Shown here: positions 1 through 14,005 of the stretch, in pieces | How positions within the stretch are numbered: the stretch's first letter is position 1 | Layout: every line of letters starts with the position of its first letter | Assembly: GCA_964016885.1 (NCBI GenBank) | Contig: OZ024741.1 | Span: 265,546,001-265,610,000 of the forward strand | Direction: 5' to 3' | Source: Eledone cirrhosa | Lineage: Eukaryota | DNA: 64,000 nucleotides | Program-made: the position numbers and the translations under genes | The notes under the pieces: generated by a model | Databases searched by the model: none | Told to the model about the DNA's origin: nothing | The model's input: the letters and a program-made list of their open reading frames with translations, nothing else

Positions 1-342
1 TATATATATATGATATATATAGATAGATATATATGATATATATAGATAGATATATATAGATATATAGATATATATAGATATATTTATATAGGGATATAGA
101 TATATAGATATATTTATATAGAGATATAGAGATATATAGATATATAGATATAGATATATATAGAGATATATAGAGATATATATAGATATATAGATATATA
201 TAGATATATATATATATATATATAGAGATATATATATAGATATAGATATATATAGATATATATATATATAGATATATATATAGATATATATATATAGATA
301 TATATATATATAGAGAGAGAGAGAGATATATATATATAGATC

Positions 343-1418
343 ATCATCATCATCATCACCGTTTTACGTCCGTTCTTCCACGCTAGCATGGGTTAGACGG
401 GTTGTCCTGTTGTGGGCAGTGTCTGGTCGGCTGACCATGCCTTGCTCATACAGGAACTGATCTGGCTTGATTTCTACAGCTGGATGCCCTTCCTAACACC
501 AACCTCATTTACAGTGAGTGCTGGGTGCTTTTTCGTGGCGCCTACACGTCCACTTTACAGTGTGGGCTGGGTGCTTTTTTGCCGTGGCACCTCCACGACC
601 ACCTTGCGGTGGGGGGGGGGGGGGGGCATATTGTTTATATGCTTCAGCATGTACCCATGGGAGGTCGGGTACCCTGTATTACTGCGTGACGCCAGAAGTC
701 ACGGTCGTGTGTCATTGACTTTGAGAGGTGTAGTTGGGTAAGGTCGGCTTTTATCACCTCATCCCAAGTCATCTTGGGTCTCCCCACTCCGCGGTTTCCA
801 TCAACTTCTAGTGCTCTGCACCTTTTTATGCAGCTGTCATCCTTCATACGCATCACATGTCCATACCAGCGTAACCGCCTCTCCTGCACGCAGCATTTGA
901 TTCCTCTTATGCTCAGTCTCTCTCTCAATTCATTTATGCTTTGTCGTTCACGTATATTACTGTTACACATCCATCGGAGCATGCAGGCTTCGTTTCTCTC
1001 TAATCTACGTAAGTCTTCCACCTTCAGCGCCCAGGTCTCACTACCATGCAACATCGCTTTTCGGATACACGCATCATACAGTCTGCCTTTCATTCTGAGG
1101 GAGAAGCCTTTTGCAGCTAGCAGTGGTAGTAGTTCCCTAAACTTCTTCCATCCCGTTCTTACCCTAGTTATTGTACTTTCTGAGCACCCACCTCCGTTGC
1201 TAATTCGGTCACCTAGGTAGCAGAAGCTGTCTACTGTTTCTACAGGGCCCTCCCAGAGATTGGTGGTACTTGTTTCCTGTGGCTGTTTGCTTGCTGTTTC
1301 AGCACAGCTGCTGCATGTGAATCCTACATTCTTAATTAAGCTTCCTGAGATCCCGCTACATCTCTTGTGTACCCATTGTTTGCATTTGGGGCAAAGAATG
1401 GAGTTCCTACCTACACCT
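343..1418 (-). mobile_element. RTE-clade LINE 3' fragment with (GAT)n tail
   Basis: ORF 644..1093 matches the C-terminus of the 50922 ORF; tail catcatcat at 343; flanked by TA microsatellites. Confidence 0.9.
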
Positions 1419-1743
1419 ATAGATATATATAGATATATATATATATAGATATATATATAGATATATATATATAGATATATATATATATAGAGAGAGAGAG
1501 AGATATATATAGATAGATAGATAGATATAGATATAGATATAGATATATAGATAGATATATATATAGATATAGATAGATATAGATAGATAGATATAGATAT
1601 ATATATATAGATAGATATATCTCTATATATATATCCATATATATATATATATATATATATGATATGTATCTATATATATATATGATATGTATCTATATAT
1701 ATATATGATATGTATCTATATATATATATGATATGTATCTATC

Positions 1744-1774
<31 letters not shown>

Positions 1775-2002
1775 GATATGTATCTATATATATGATATGT
1801 ATCTATATATATATATCTATATATATATATATATAAGGATTAAAATACTAGAGTGTGTTGGAGTTAAACACCCTCTTCGTATTATAGAAATGACAGTAAA
1901 AGATATAGCTCAATGTAATTAAACAGAGCCGAAGAATTATGAAAATAAAACAAAGAAGCCTTCAATACATCAAAAGTCTTTATTAGCCAACAATGTTTCA
2001 TC

Positions 2003-2037
2003 CTGATGAGTCCTTAATAGGACGAAACATTGTTGTC
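2003..2037 (+). ncRNA. Hammerhead ribozyme core (helix I missing) at the apex of palindrome 1935-2086
   Basis: CTGATGA, stem II GTCCT-TAAT-AGGAC, GAAAC...GTC. Confidence 0.6.
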
Positions 2038-2266
2038 TAATAAAGACTTTTGATGTATTGAAGGCTTCTTTGTTTTATTTTCATAATATATATATATATG
2101 TATCTATATATATCTCTATATATCTATATATATATATATCTATATATATATATATCTATATATATATATATATCTATATATATATATATCTATATATATA
2201 TCTCTGTATCTATATATATATGTATCTATATATATATATATATCTCTGTATCTATATATATATGTA

Positions 2267-2321
<55 letters not shown>

Positions 2322-2525
2322 GTATCTCTCTATATATATATATCTGTATCTATATATATATATGTATCTATGTATATATATATATATGATATGTATCTAT
2401 ATAGATATGTATATATATGATATGTATCTATATATATATATGATATGTATATATGTTATATATATATAACTGAACCGAAGGTGGCGCTTTACTTGTTCTG
2501 AGTATGAACATAAATAAAATATATA

Positions 2526-2651
<126 letters not shown>

Positions 2652-2823
2652 GACTGGCAGCTGAGAATTTGTTCTTCAGTAAGTGACTTCCTTTGTCTTC
2701 CATTTTATCAATTCCCCTCTTCCCCAGTATGCCTATTTTGTAGAGAAAGATTCATTCTCTTTATCTTCCTTTCTCTCACAAACATGCACACATACACTTT
2801 CATATACATACACACATATGTGC

Positions 2824-2860
<37 letters not shown>

Positions 2861-4250
2861 GTATTCTAGTCATCATTTTCTGTTACTTGAGTTTGAGTAA
2901 CATGGATGAAGGACTCTCAGCATACAATGGTTTCTGACTCAACATATGGGTTACTGCTTGAAGTTGTTCTTAGGGTGATCCTTAGAAGGTTCCTCAATCG
3001 ATAATCCATGGAGTAAGTACAATTATACATATATATATATTTAGTGGTAAAAAAATAGGAGGTTATATGCGAAGTTGGTAGAGCACTCAGTCTAAAGGAC
3101 GAGTTCAGTATGGAGTTAGTTTCACAACAAATTAGCAAACCATATTCGCGGACATGTGTTTCACCAGGTTGAAAATCCCTTCGGTGAAGCACGTGTTCTT
3201 GAATATTGGTTTGCTAATTTGTTGTGGAACTAACTAACTCTCTCTCTCTCTATCTCTCTCTATGTAATGTCTGTATGTATGTATGCATGGGAGAGATGAC
3301 CCCTTAGCCTTTGTCAAGGCTCAATTCTAGGAGAAGGAAAACTCTGATATAACACCTACAACTCTGATGGTATCCAATGATGTTGACATGTTCTTCTTTT
3401 TGGTAAATATCATCTTGGTTAAGAGAGTGGGACTGGCTTTGTGCAGTGCCTTTGCTTACTATAAAAACTTCACGACACAGGCATTGCTTTATATCTGGAG
3501 ATCTCTCTGCACTTGTCGTCACATGGTACCATGGGCCCAGCACTATGTGTCAATAATTGTCACAAGTGTAGTGTTTGTACAAGTTTTCAAGTCGCTGGCT
3601 GGACTAAAAAGTCACACTCGTTCAGCGCATCGGTAGGGGTTCTCCTACATGGATATAAAGTAGTGGCCATACTCGAAAACGAGTTGGCAGCCACCATGTA
3701 TGCATGTATGTATGTAATGTCTGTCTCTGTATGTAATGTATGTAATGTCTGTATGTATGTTATGTATGTAATGTCTGTCTATCTGTATGTATGTATGCAT
3801 GTATATATGTAATGTCTGTATGTATGTATGTATGTATATATGTAATGTATGTATGTATGTATGTATGTATGTAATGTATGTATATAATGTATGTATGTAT
3901 GTAATGACTGTATGTATGTATGTATGTATGTAATGTATGTATGTATATATGTATGTATGTATGTATGTAATGTCTGTCTGTCTGTAATATCTGTATGTAA
4001 TGTATGTATGTATACATGCATGTATGTATGTACATGCAGAGCAGCTCCCACTGTCAATGTGGTTTGAGTTAGGAAGGGCATCCAGCTATAGAAACAAAGC
4101 CAAGATCAGTTCTGCGTGAGTGAATTCAGTCCCCTGACCTGATCCCTCTCAAGAGGACAGCCCATCATACCCATGCTAGCATGGAAGATGGGCATTAAAT
4201 GATGATGTGTGTGTGTGTGTATATGTATATAAAAGTGTATATATATATAT

Positions 4251-4300
<50 letters not shown>

Positions 4301-5404
4301 ATGATAGCTAAGAGGATATATAATTATATACAATCAATTGCAATATAATAGCCTACATAATGATTAACCACCACAAGAACAGCCACGATTTAACAAAACA
4401 AACAAATACTCATAATTCTTTTTTTCTCCTCATTTTCTTCTCATAAAAGAAAATCAATAATGCAACATGTTAAAAAATCTAACTTTATTAACCCCCACAT
4501 ACCCTCCCCCTTCCGACGTATTTAACCTTCAAATGTTAAAAATCTAACTTTATTACCCCCACCTCACCCTTGATCATTTAACATTCAAGTGTCAAAAATT
4601 CAACTTTATTTTTCCCTAACACGCCTCGTTATATATATTTAACTTTTAACATCCTGTAATGATTTAGCAGAAAATATTAAAAAAAAAACAAAAAAAAACT
4701 AAAAAAAAAAACACAGGTTTGTTAATTCAAATGTTTATAGTATCTTTACTAGTGGACCGATTGTTATGAAAATTTGCAACAAGCTAAAATAAATACTTTA
4801 ATTTTTTAATGTGGTACAGTCATAGTGCTGTTTTGTTCTTTTTAAGAATATCTTGTTAATTCTGTTTCATGAGGTACAAGATGTTAAAAGTTAATTTATA
4901 ATGTGATGCAGTCATAGTGCTGTTTTGTACTTTTAAAGAATGTCTTGCTAATGCAATTTCATGCAGTCCAGGACATTAAAAGTTGTTAGATTTATTTCAC
5001 AACTCATGTTTCTATATCTCCCTGTTGTTGATATATTCTACTTCTACACAAGTACAGAAGTTAAAATAAAATTAAATAAACCTATATATATATATATATA
5101 AAGGAAGTACATTTTGAATGGAATGAGCGAAGTTTAGAATAGAAATAGCTTTGCCATAACATTGCCTAAATAATATAGTCTAATAATGGGGCATATAAAC
5201 TCACACACTTTTTCTGTTCAGTGGGTTTAGACGTCCCATTATTAGACTATCTTATTTAGTTAATGTTATGGCCAAGCTTCTATTTTTATTTCAATTCTCT
5301 CTCTCCCTCTCTCTCTATATATATGAAATAAAAATTGAAGTTTTTTTTTTTTGTTGTTTCGAAATTCTATCAATCTTCAAAAACTTTGAATTGCAACATT
5401 TTAG

Positions 5405-5668
5405 TTTCACCCTTTTGGTACCAAACCACCTGAAAACCACCCTGGTTCTACAATACAAAACTGTTCGTTTGAAAAGGTTTATATTTATCTAAAAACTTTT
5501 CCATCATAATTTTATGCAAGAACCTTTAAGTTATGTTCCAAAAACCAACTTAATAATGAGAAAGTTAGTTATATTATTACTATCTCTTCAAATTCTTGAT
5601 TATTTTCAAAATAATTTGAAAATCATAGGCAGTGTCTTTCATTAGAAATATGGTAATGAAAGGGTTAA
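5405..5668. mobile_element. piggyBac-like MITE family A (other pieces near 15050, 19860, 36950-37450)
   Basis: imperfect TIRs cacccttttggtacca / tggtaatgaaagggTTAA; repeated in the window. Confidence 0.5.
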
Positions 5669-6841
5669 AAAAAAAGGATTTTTTTTTTTTTCTCAAAATT
5701 ATATTTCGCACAATTTTATTAAATTTCATGTGGATTTCAGAAATATTATTTTACACTCCCTTCCCTGTATTTTGCTGGTTTCATTAAAAAAAAAAAAGTA
5801 TTATTATTTATTTATTCTTCAGCATTCGGGAGTTTCTAAGGAATGACTGATTCTATTTTGGAAAATAGAATAAATGTAATGAAAAAAAAAAAAAAATAAT
5901 AAATATATATAAAATTATATATTTTCTTGTATTTTGTGTTTTTTCTTTAGCATTTAAACCGGCCATATTTAGCCAGAATTCTCTCACCTCTTTTTGTTCA
6001 AACTGGCTGTAACCAGCCACTCATACTGATGTTATTGTTCTCAACATAAATAATATCAAAATCTCATAGATTCAATATTATGTGAGATAATTATGTAAGG
6101 TAAAGCCTTTACTGTGAAAATATAATAATAAATATAGAGTAATGTAAATGCTAAAGGGTTAAATTTGAGATATCTGCCCCACCCCCACCCAGCCAAGTTA
6201 AAGGGATCTTAGGAAGATATCCCCATGTGCCATTTAACCAGTATCATTTGTATCTTTTCAATAAAGTTTTCCTGAGCCATTGTTTCTGATGATGAACAGC
6301 AGAATGGACATATTTAGTTGAAGATCCAGAATTGTCCAGTGAAGAACTGCAGAAGTTAATGTTGGATCATGCGAGATGGAAAGGTTTTATCAAGTCACTA
6401 AGAAGTGGATGAATTCAGTAATAGTAATAAAACAATGGAAACATAACTGCTATAGTTTATTTTGCCTGTCAATTTAGTTCACATAGTATGAAGGTATGGC
6501 ATATACATAACTAAGACCCTCAATTATCTTAACTTGAATATCAACAAAGCTATCTCATATATATCGACAGTTGATCAACAAGATCCCAGACCTCGCTCGC
6601 TTAACGAGTGGGGTGGAGCTCGACAAATCAGGCCAAGGAAACAATGTTTCCATTGGTCTTTCCAATTGCTAATACTGTCGCAACATGAAATAAAGTGTCT
6701 TGTTCAAGCACATGACTCATCGCCTGGTCTAGGAATCGAAATCACAACCTCACGATTATGAATCCAATTCTCTAACCACTCAGCCATGCGCCTCCATGTA
6801 TATACACACACTCTTTTACCTCTGCCAGTCATCCGGCTGAG

Positions 6842-6885
<44 letters not shown>

Positions 6886-7310
6886 TTATGTGAGGTTGTT
6901 TACCAATGGGTAGAACTGGTGGTTCAGGTTGGTAAACCATGATGCAACAAATTAATTAAAGCACTCAACATTATGCAGATCATCCATTGTAGATGTGGTA
7001 TCCAATGATTGGTGCAGGAATGGAGTAAAGTATTCATTAAAACAACAGAAGGCTGGACTGGAAAATTAACTTTAGAATTTTAATTCCGCGAAATCACTAT
7101 ATTTCGATGGCCCAGTCCATCATCCAATTATGAGACAAGGCAAGGCAATATCATCAGGTGTCATCTGCAGAATTATGTAACACGATTACATTGAACCCAA
7201 ACATATAATGGAAGTTAGGAAAAAGAAAATAGAAAATTTGATGAGGGGGCTGCCTGCAAATACTGTTATATTGGTAGCAGAAGGTCCCCATATATATATA
7301 TATATATATT

Positions 7311-8405
7311 TTAGCGTAAAAGGTGTTCATCAGGGCTCCGTCCTTAGCCCCCTACTATTTATTATTGCCCTTCAGGCTATAACAGAGGAGTTCAAGACTG
7401 GTTGCCCATGGGAACTCCTATATGCAGATGATCTAACGCTCAGCTGAATCAATGGCTGAACTAGAGAAGAAATTCCAAACATGGAAGCATGGCCTAGAAT
7501 CAAAAGGCCTTAAAGTTAACTTGTCTAAGACTAAAGTTCTAGTTTGTAGGAAGGAAAATAGGGCACCGGTCCCATCTGGGAAATGGCCATGCTCAGTATG
7601 TAGGAAAGGAGTAGGTAGAAACTCCATTTTATGTCCCAAATGCAAAGTATGGGTACATAAAAGATGTAGTGGGATCACAGGTAAGCTAACTAAGAATATA
7701 GATTTTATATGTGGCCGGTGCTCAGGTCCAATAAGTAGCAGCAAGTGCCCACAGAATACTAAATCATTCCATTGCACAGATGGTTCTATAGAAATAGTGG
7801 ACAGCTTCCGTTGCCTGGGTGACAAAATCAGCAGTGGGGGAGGGTGCTCTGAAAGTACAGTAGCTAGTCAGAATGGGATGGAAAAAGTTCAGAGAGCTTA
7901 TACTACTATTGGCCGCTAAAGGGTTCTCTCTAAAAATGAAAGGCAGGCTGTATGATGCCTGCATACGAACAGCAATGTTACATGCAGTGAGACTTGGGCA
8001 TTGTGTGCAGAGGATATACGCAGACTGGAGAGAAACGAAGCTTGCATGCTCCGCTGGATGTGTAATAGTAATATACGTGAACGGCAAAGCATAAACAAAC
8101 TAAGGGAGAAATTAGAAATAAGAGGGATGAGATGTTGTTTACTCGAGAGAAGACTATGTTGGTATGGTCACGTGATGCACATGAAAGACGACAGCTGTAT
8201 AAAAAAGTGCAGGGCAATAAAAATAGACGGTAGCCACAGAGTAGGCAGACCCAGAAAAACCTGGGACGACTTGATAAATTCCGACCTCACACACTTACAC
8301 CTCTCCAAGACAATGTCACTGGACCGAGATCTTTGGCGCTACGCAATAATACAGAAGACCCGCCTTACCTAAGTGAAACCTACTACAGTCAGTAGGCACC
8401 TCTAA
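7311..8405 (+). mobile_element. RTE LINE fragment (RT with YADD to C-terminus), frameshifted
   Basis: ORFs 7208, 7452, 7873 and 8001 tile the same protein as 50922..53411. Confidence 0.92.
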
Positions 8406-10509
8406 CAAAATACAAAATCGGTGTTATTGTTATGGCAGAGGTCTGCTGCAACAATAACACCAATTTCGCAGACCATCTCTGAATCAGATATTTTCTCTAT
8501 TCTGTTTTTGTTTTGTCATCTTTTACTCTAGTTTCACCTTTATATTTCTATCAACATTGTACTGGATTGCCCAACACTCATTATTATTTATTACATATCT
8601 CTCAATGTTTCACATAACCTACAGTTTTAATTAATTTGAAGATATTATTGTGTATTTGGCAGTCATTAGAACATTGGATAGAATGATTTGCTGTATTCAT
8701 TTCAGCTCTTCAAATCATGCCGTGGTCAACTTTGCTTTTCATCCATTCAAGGTCCATAAAAAAATTAAAAAAACTGCCAGTCAAATAATGGGGTCGATTC
8801 TTTCTCTATATTGCTTTCTCACTTCCTATCTTTCTCTCGAAATCTGCTGTATTCAGACTTGGAGAGAAATGGGCTCTGCCAGGTTTAAAAATGCCCGAGA
8901 AATGCCGTATTTCAAAATGGTGCTCCAACGACTCCCTCAGGAGTTACAGGACTTTGCATGCATGCATTGGGTATTTATTTAATCTATTTAAATGTCCTTA
9001 TAGCGCTAGTAAGCCATGACGGATTAGGGTAAGTATCTAGTACTTCTTACACTTGAGAAACAAAAAGCAAGATAGATGGAGATCAGTGAATATAAAAATA
9101 ATAAAAAGTTGAGAAGGCTGACTGGAGGCAAAATAAGTATTTAAAAAAAAAAAAAACTAAAGAAAAAAACCAATCTTGAATTAATGAAAGGCAAAGTTGA
9201 CCTTGGTGAGATTTGAACTCTTTCTTACTTCCTTTCTGTCAATCTCTCTATACTTCTCTGGAAGAAACCTGCTGTATTCAGACCTGGAGAGGAGATAGTC
9301 TCTGCTAGGTTTTAAAATGCCCTGGAAACCCTGTATCTCAATACAGTGTCCTTACGATTCTTTCAGGAGTTACAGGACAGAAAGTAAAAATGGAAAACGA
9401 TGGAAATTGTAGTTAGAAGTTTCTGTTGAATCTTTTCATGTTGAGTGCTTGATATAGATGCAACCTATGGAAGAGGGAGATTAAGGAAGTTATGTTAAGA
9501 ATGACCTCAAGAAACTGGACCTTATGATGTATGTAGGTATGTATAGACCTGTAACTCTTAATGGAGTGGTAGGGGTGCAGTTGTGACATTCAGCATGTCT
9601 TGGACATTTAAAACCTAGAGGAACACATCAAGATTTCTTCCAGAGAAGGAGAGAGTGCAAGTGATAATGAGAAAGAATCAACTACAATATGGGGTGGTAC
9701 TTTTTTTATTGACCTTGAAAGGAAGAAAGGCAAAGTTGACATTAGCAGGATTTGAACTCAGAGTGCAGGGAGGCAGAATGAAAACTGCAAAACATTCTAA
9801 CTGATGTTCTAATGACTTTACCAATTAGCTGCCTTGAAACTAACGAAGATAACACAGGATCGTGTTGACTGGTGATTCATCATTCTTGAAAAGATCTGCC
9901 TATCAGTAAATATGGTGGGATACTGGAAACTGCATGGAGTGGAGAGATCTCTTTTAGCCTTGCAGTGGATAAGACAATATCTTACACTGTAAAATGATTG
10001 ACGATTGAATGGATACGATGTAGGGTAGAAAGGACTCGTCTGTCTTGCTGAGGACACACGAACTTCCCTAATGCTGGTGCCATGATAAAATGCACCCAGT
10101 ACACTCCTCTGTAAAATCCTGGGCATTAGGAGAGGCATCCAGCTGCAGAAACCATGTCAAAACACAATGTATGAGCAAGACACAATTCTTGCTCTTAATT
10201 TGAACCGTGAGATGACTTGAAACATATATAAAGGTGCTTAACTCTAAAATTTGCTGCGATCAAAGTAAGATTCCTGCTCATCTGATTCTGCTGCCCTCAA
10301 TGATTGTTTATGTTTGACAGCAGAGGAGGATGTTGTAAGATGAAACATCTTTTCCACAGAATTATTGACAGTGGCCAATAAAGAACTCATTATTAAAAGA
10401 GACTTCACCAATATAAGAATATAAAAGAAAAGGTAATTTTTATTTATAAAGAAATTGAAGAACTAATTTAAAAGAGAAATGAACAAACAAACGTTTATAT
10501 ATATATATA

Positions 10510-10842
10510 TCATTTCATTTTACGTCCGCTTTTTTCCCTGCTTGCAAGGGTGGGACGGGAACTGATTCTGGCTTGATTTCTACAGCTGGATGCCCTTCCT
10601 AACACTAACCTCATTTACAGTGAGTGCTGGGTACTTTTTTGCTGTGGCACCTGCACGACCACTTTGTAGTGGAATGATATGGACCCCAGCCCCTATCATC
10701 TCATTTCTACAGCTGAGTAAACTGGAGCAATGTGAAATAAAGTGTCTTGCTCAAGGAAACAATACATCACCTGGTCTGAGAATTGAATTCACAACCTTTC
10801 GATTGCAAGGCCAATGCTCTAACCACTAAGCCATGTGCCTCC
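10510..10842 (-). mobile_element. tRNA-derived SINE with RTE-type 3' tail
   Basis: near-identical reverse complement of 46728-47065. Confidence 0.85.
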
Positions 10843-12940
10843 ATATATATATATAGGAAAAGAATCATGACTCCGACGGCTGAGCTCCGGCCCACTCTAC
10901 TATCCTAAGTATTGAGTACTCTGGTGTGTTATAGTCCACCTGGTTCCTTACCACACTTTCTTTGTTTTATCTATATATATATATATATATAAATTTAAGC
11001 TACTTCCATCCGTCAGTGTGTGTGTGTGTTTGTGTGAATGTATATGTGTAAAAGGAAGGGGATGGTGAAAAAACTATAGCAAAACAGCGACTGGCGTTTC
11101 ATTTGCTACGCCGTGTGCGTGTATGTGTGAATGTGTATTTTTGTAAGTGTGTCTGCGCGTTTATATTTATATACTCATACATATAAATGTATCCATATAC
11201 ACATACGCGTCAACATGTTGGAAAAATCCTAGTATATAATAGTTTCTAGTACACGTTTTAAGGTGGTTGGGAGAAGCATCCTGTTGTAGATAGCCAAGTA
11301 AAAAAAGATACATATGAGAAAGACATGGTCACCTGACCTATCCGCTTACATAATGTGATAGCTGTCTGACCCATGCAAGCATAGAACATAAATGTAAAAA
11401 GGTGATGATGATTACCGCGAAGAAGTTAACCAGAAATTTAATATAATATAGAAACAAGAAACAGACCTTCAATGCTTGGTCATGTGTGACACATGTCCTT
11501 GAGGGGACCAGTGAGGCCGGAGTTCCCTCAAATGGAAGCTAGAAGGAGGACGTAGAAAACAAGACAGAACCGTCAAGACCTTGTTGAGGTCTGTGGAGGA
11601 AGACCTGACAGACCTGGGGCACGTCTGTTACAGAGTTTGTGACCCTACGAAGTAGAGATCTCATCACCGAATGCTTAACGAGAGCAAAAAGGAAGAAAAA
11701 GAAATTGTACAAAAGAATTTACGTTAATAAGCATTTTTTATATTTTTATTATTGTGTATAGATTGGACACCATGCTTCGTGACGTAGAGTTAAGTCCCTT
11801 TACGTCCTGAGTTCAAATTCCACTGAGGTTAGCTTTAACTTTCATCCTTACGAGGTCGATAAAATAAAGTACCAGTCATGTACAGGGGTCGATCTAATCG
11901 ACTTTCCCCTCCTCCAAAATTGCTGGCTTTGTGTCTAAATCAGAAACCATTATTGTATATAGTTCTGCCATTCTGAGTTCAAATCCCGCCGAGGTTAACT
12001 TTGCCTTTCATCCTTACGGAGTCGATAAAATAAAGTACCAGTAATACACTGGGTAATTGCTGGCCTTGTGTCTAACGTAGAAACAATTATTGTATATAGT
12101 TCTGATGGTTAATGCTTTAATTTATTGAATACTTTCGATTTGTGCCTGTAGTAAACTCGAATTGCTTAATTAACATGCTTTCCAATTTCATGTTGACAAC
12201 GAATCATATCAATCCACAAAATATCATAGATTTTTTTACAGCTTTCAATTTCGAAACGAAAAAAAATTTATCAAGCTAATCATAATCTTCACGGTCGAAA
12301 ATATTCCCCTGCAAAATTTCATTAAAAATATGTATTACTAAGAAAGTTAGTGGAAACGAAGTCGGAGCGAAGTGGGTACTAAACTAAAGCCGTCTGAGGA
12401 TTGTGCTTAATTCCGCAAAGACACCGGTTTATCTTTTTTTTTTTATTCTCAGAATAACTGAAATGTAAACATAAACACAGTTGTCACCTCTCTATAGAGC
12501 GGTACACCGTTTACTTTAGTTTTTATAGTCTCCCCACTTTCTCCCTCAATGTTCCCTTATATTTGTATATTAAAATGCAAGTGGTTGAGTATGTGTACGT
12601 CCGAACTAGTATACTCCACCTCCTACTAATTAAACCTCAACCTCTGCCTCTTGACCGACAGGATGGAGAATACATTGTATCGGAGGACAGCAAGAGAGAC
12701 GCGTGGAACAGCCACTCCAGATCGCGGGTCTCGCACCTGCGGGCAGTCAACTCCGTTCTGATGATAGTGCGTCGGAATGTTGTTCGGGGGTCAAGAATGC
12801 CGGAAGTCTTCACTGCTACAGGCTCTAGACCTGCGAACCTCTAAAAACATAAACGGGGAGTACCATGAAAATCGGAGAGATTTTACATAACGAAAGCTAT
12901 ACCTATTTTCACATAGAAGACATCTCTCACCCACCCCAAA

Positions 12941-13376
12941 GGCGCATGGCTTAGTGGTTAGAGCATTGGCCTTGCAATCGAAAGGTTGTGAGTTCAATTC
13001 TCGGACCGGGTGATGTGTTGTTTCCTTGAGCAAGACACTTTATTTCACGTTGCTCCAGTTTACTCAGCTGTAGAAATGAGATGATAGGACTGGGGTCCCT
13101 ATCATTAAATTACCCAAGAGACCTCCAACGAGATATAGCTTGGAGGAGGCCAGCTAAACCTGCAAAGGTGGGAGCTGTCACACACACACCCCCCAAACTG
13201 GGTGCGAGATCTCCTCGTCGGGTAGGGAGAGTGACAGGTTTGCATCAGAGAGCGGCCGATACTTGGACAGATTTCCCTCTTCGGCCTGACGGACAGTAAG
13301 TCGAACGCCCCCCAAGTTGCCAGTGGAGAAAGTGTCACAGCATGTAGCATCCCAGATGCTACATGCTGTGACACTT
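12941..13376 (+). mobile_element. tRNA-derived SINE (same head as 46728, different body)
   Basis: A box TGGCTTAGTGG, B box GTTCAATTC, then a CORE-like ttgagcaagacactt block. Confidence 0.8.
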
Positions 13377-13990
13377 ATCTCCGCCTATCTCCGCCTATCT
13401 CCGCGGAACAGGGAAGATTGTAAACAACACAGTTCTTACCTCCCTTTAAAAAGATATACATTCCAAAGACACCGTTGTCTCTAGTTCTGAAGACTTCCCC
13501 TCCTTACATCACGTTCTTGATATAGTTTTTCTAAAATGTAAATATAAACACACTTCTTACTTCCCTTTAAAGAGGTGCACATTCCGTGAAGACACCGGTT
13601 TATATATATATTTTTTAAAGTCTCAGAATTACTGAAATGGAAATGTAAACAACATAGTTGTTACCTCCCTTTCCAGCGGTACACATTCCGTAAGGACACC
13701 GTTTACTCTAGTTTTTTAGTACCCCCTCCCCCTTTCATGTTCCCGCCATATTTTTTTCTAAGGATGTAAGCGACCTCGACGTCTTCATTTTATTTTTTTT
13801 TTACCGCCATTTGTGCCCAGCCAAGCTCTGTGTGTGACGGAAAGCATCAATATATATACATATATAAATATATATGTATATATAAATGTTGGTTTGTTTG
13901 CTTCAGAAATATAGAAGAAGAAAGTAACAAATCAAAAAGAATATACACCGTCCGTATTATGCAATAAACTACTATATATCATCAGGCAGA

Positions 13991-14005
13991 ATGTACATTA
14001 AACAG
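13991..14005 (+). CDS. SMC3: SMC3 coding exon 1 (MYIKQ)
   Basis: ATGTACATTAAACAG|GTATTT; MYIKQ is the conserved SMC3 N-terminus; phase 0 joins exon 2. Confidence 0.9.

Noticed and set aside
12563-12844. ORF beginning (M)YIKMQ that resembles the SMC3 N-terminus
   Set aside because: Starts at TTG, has no donor after the motif and no further similarity; the true MYIKQ|GT exon is at 13991
12941-13010. tRNA gene
   Set aside because: A and B boxes are present but there is no proper acceptor stem, and it continues into a SINE body repeated in the window
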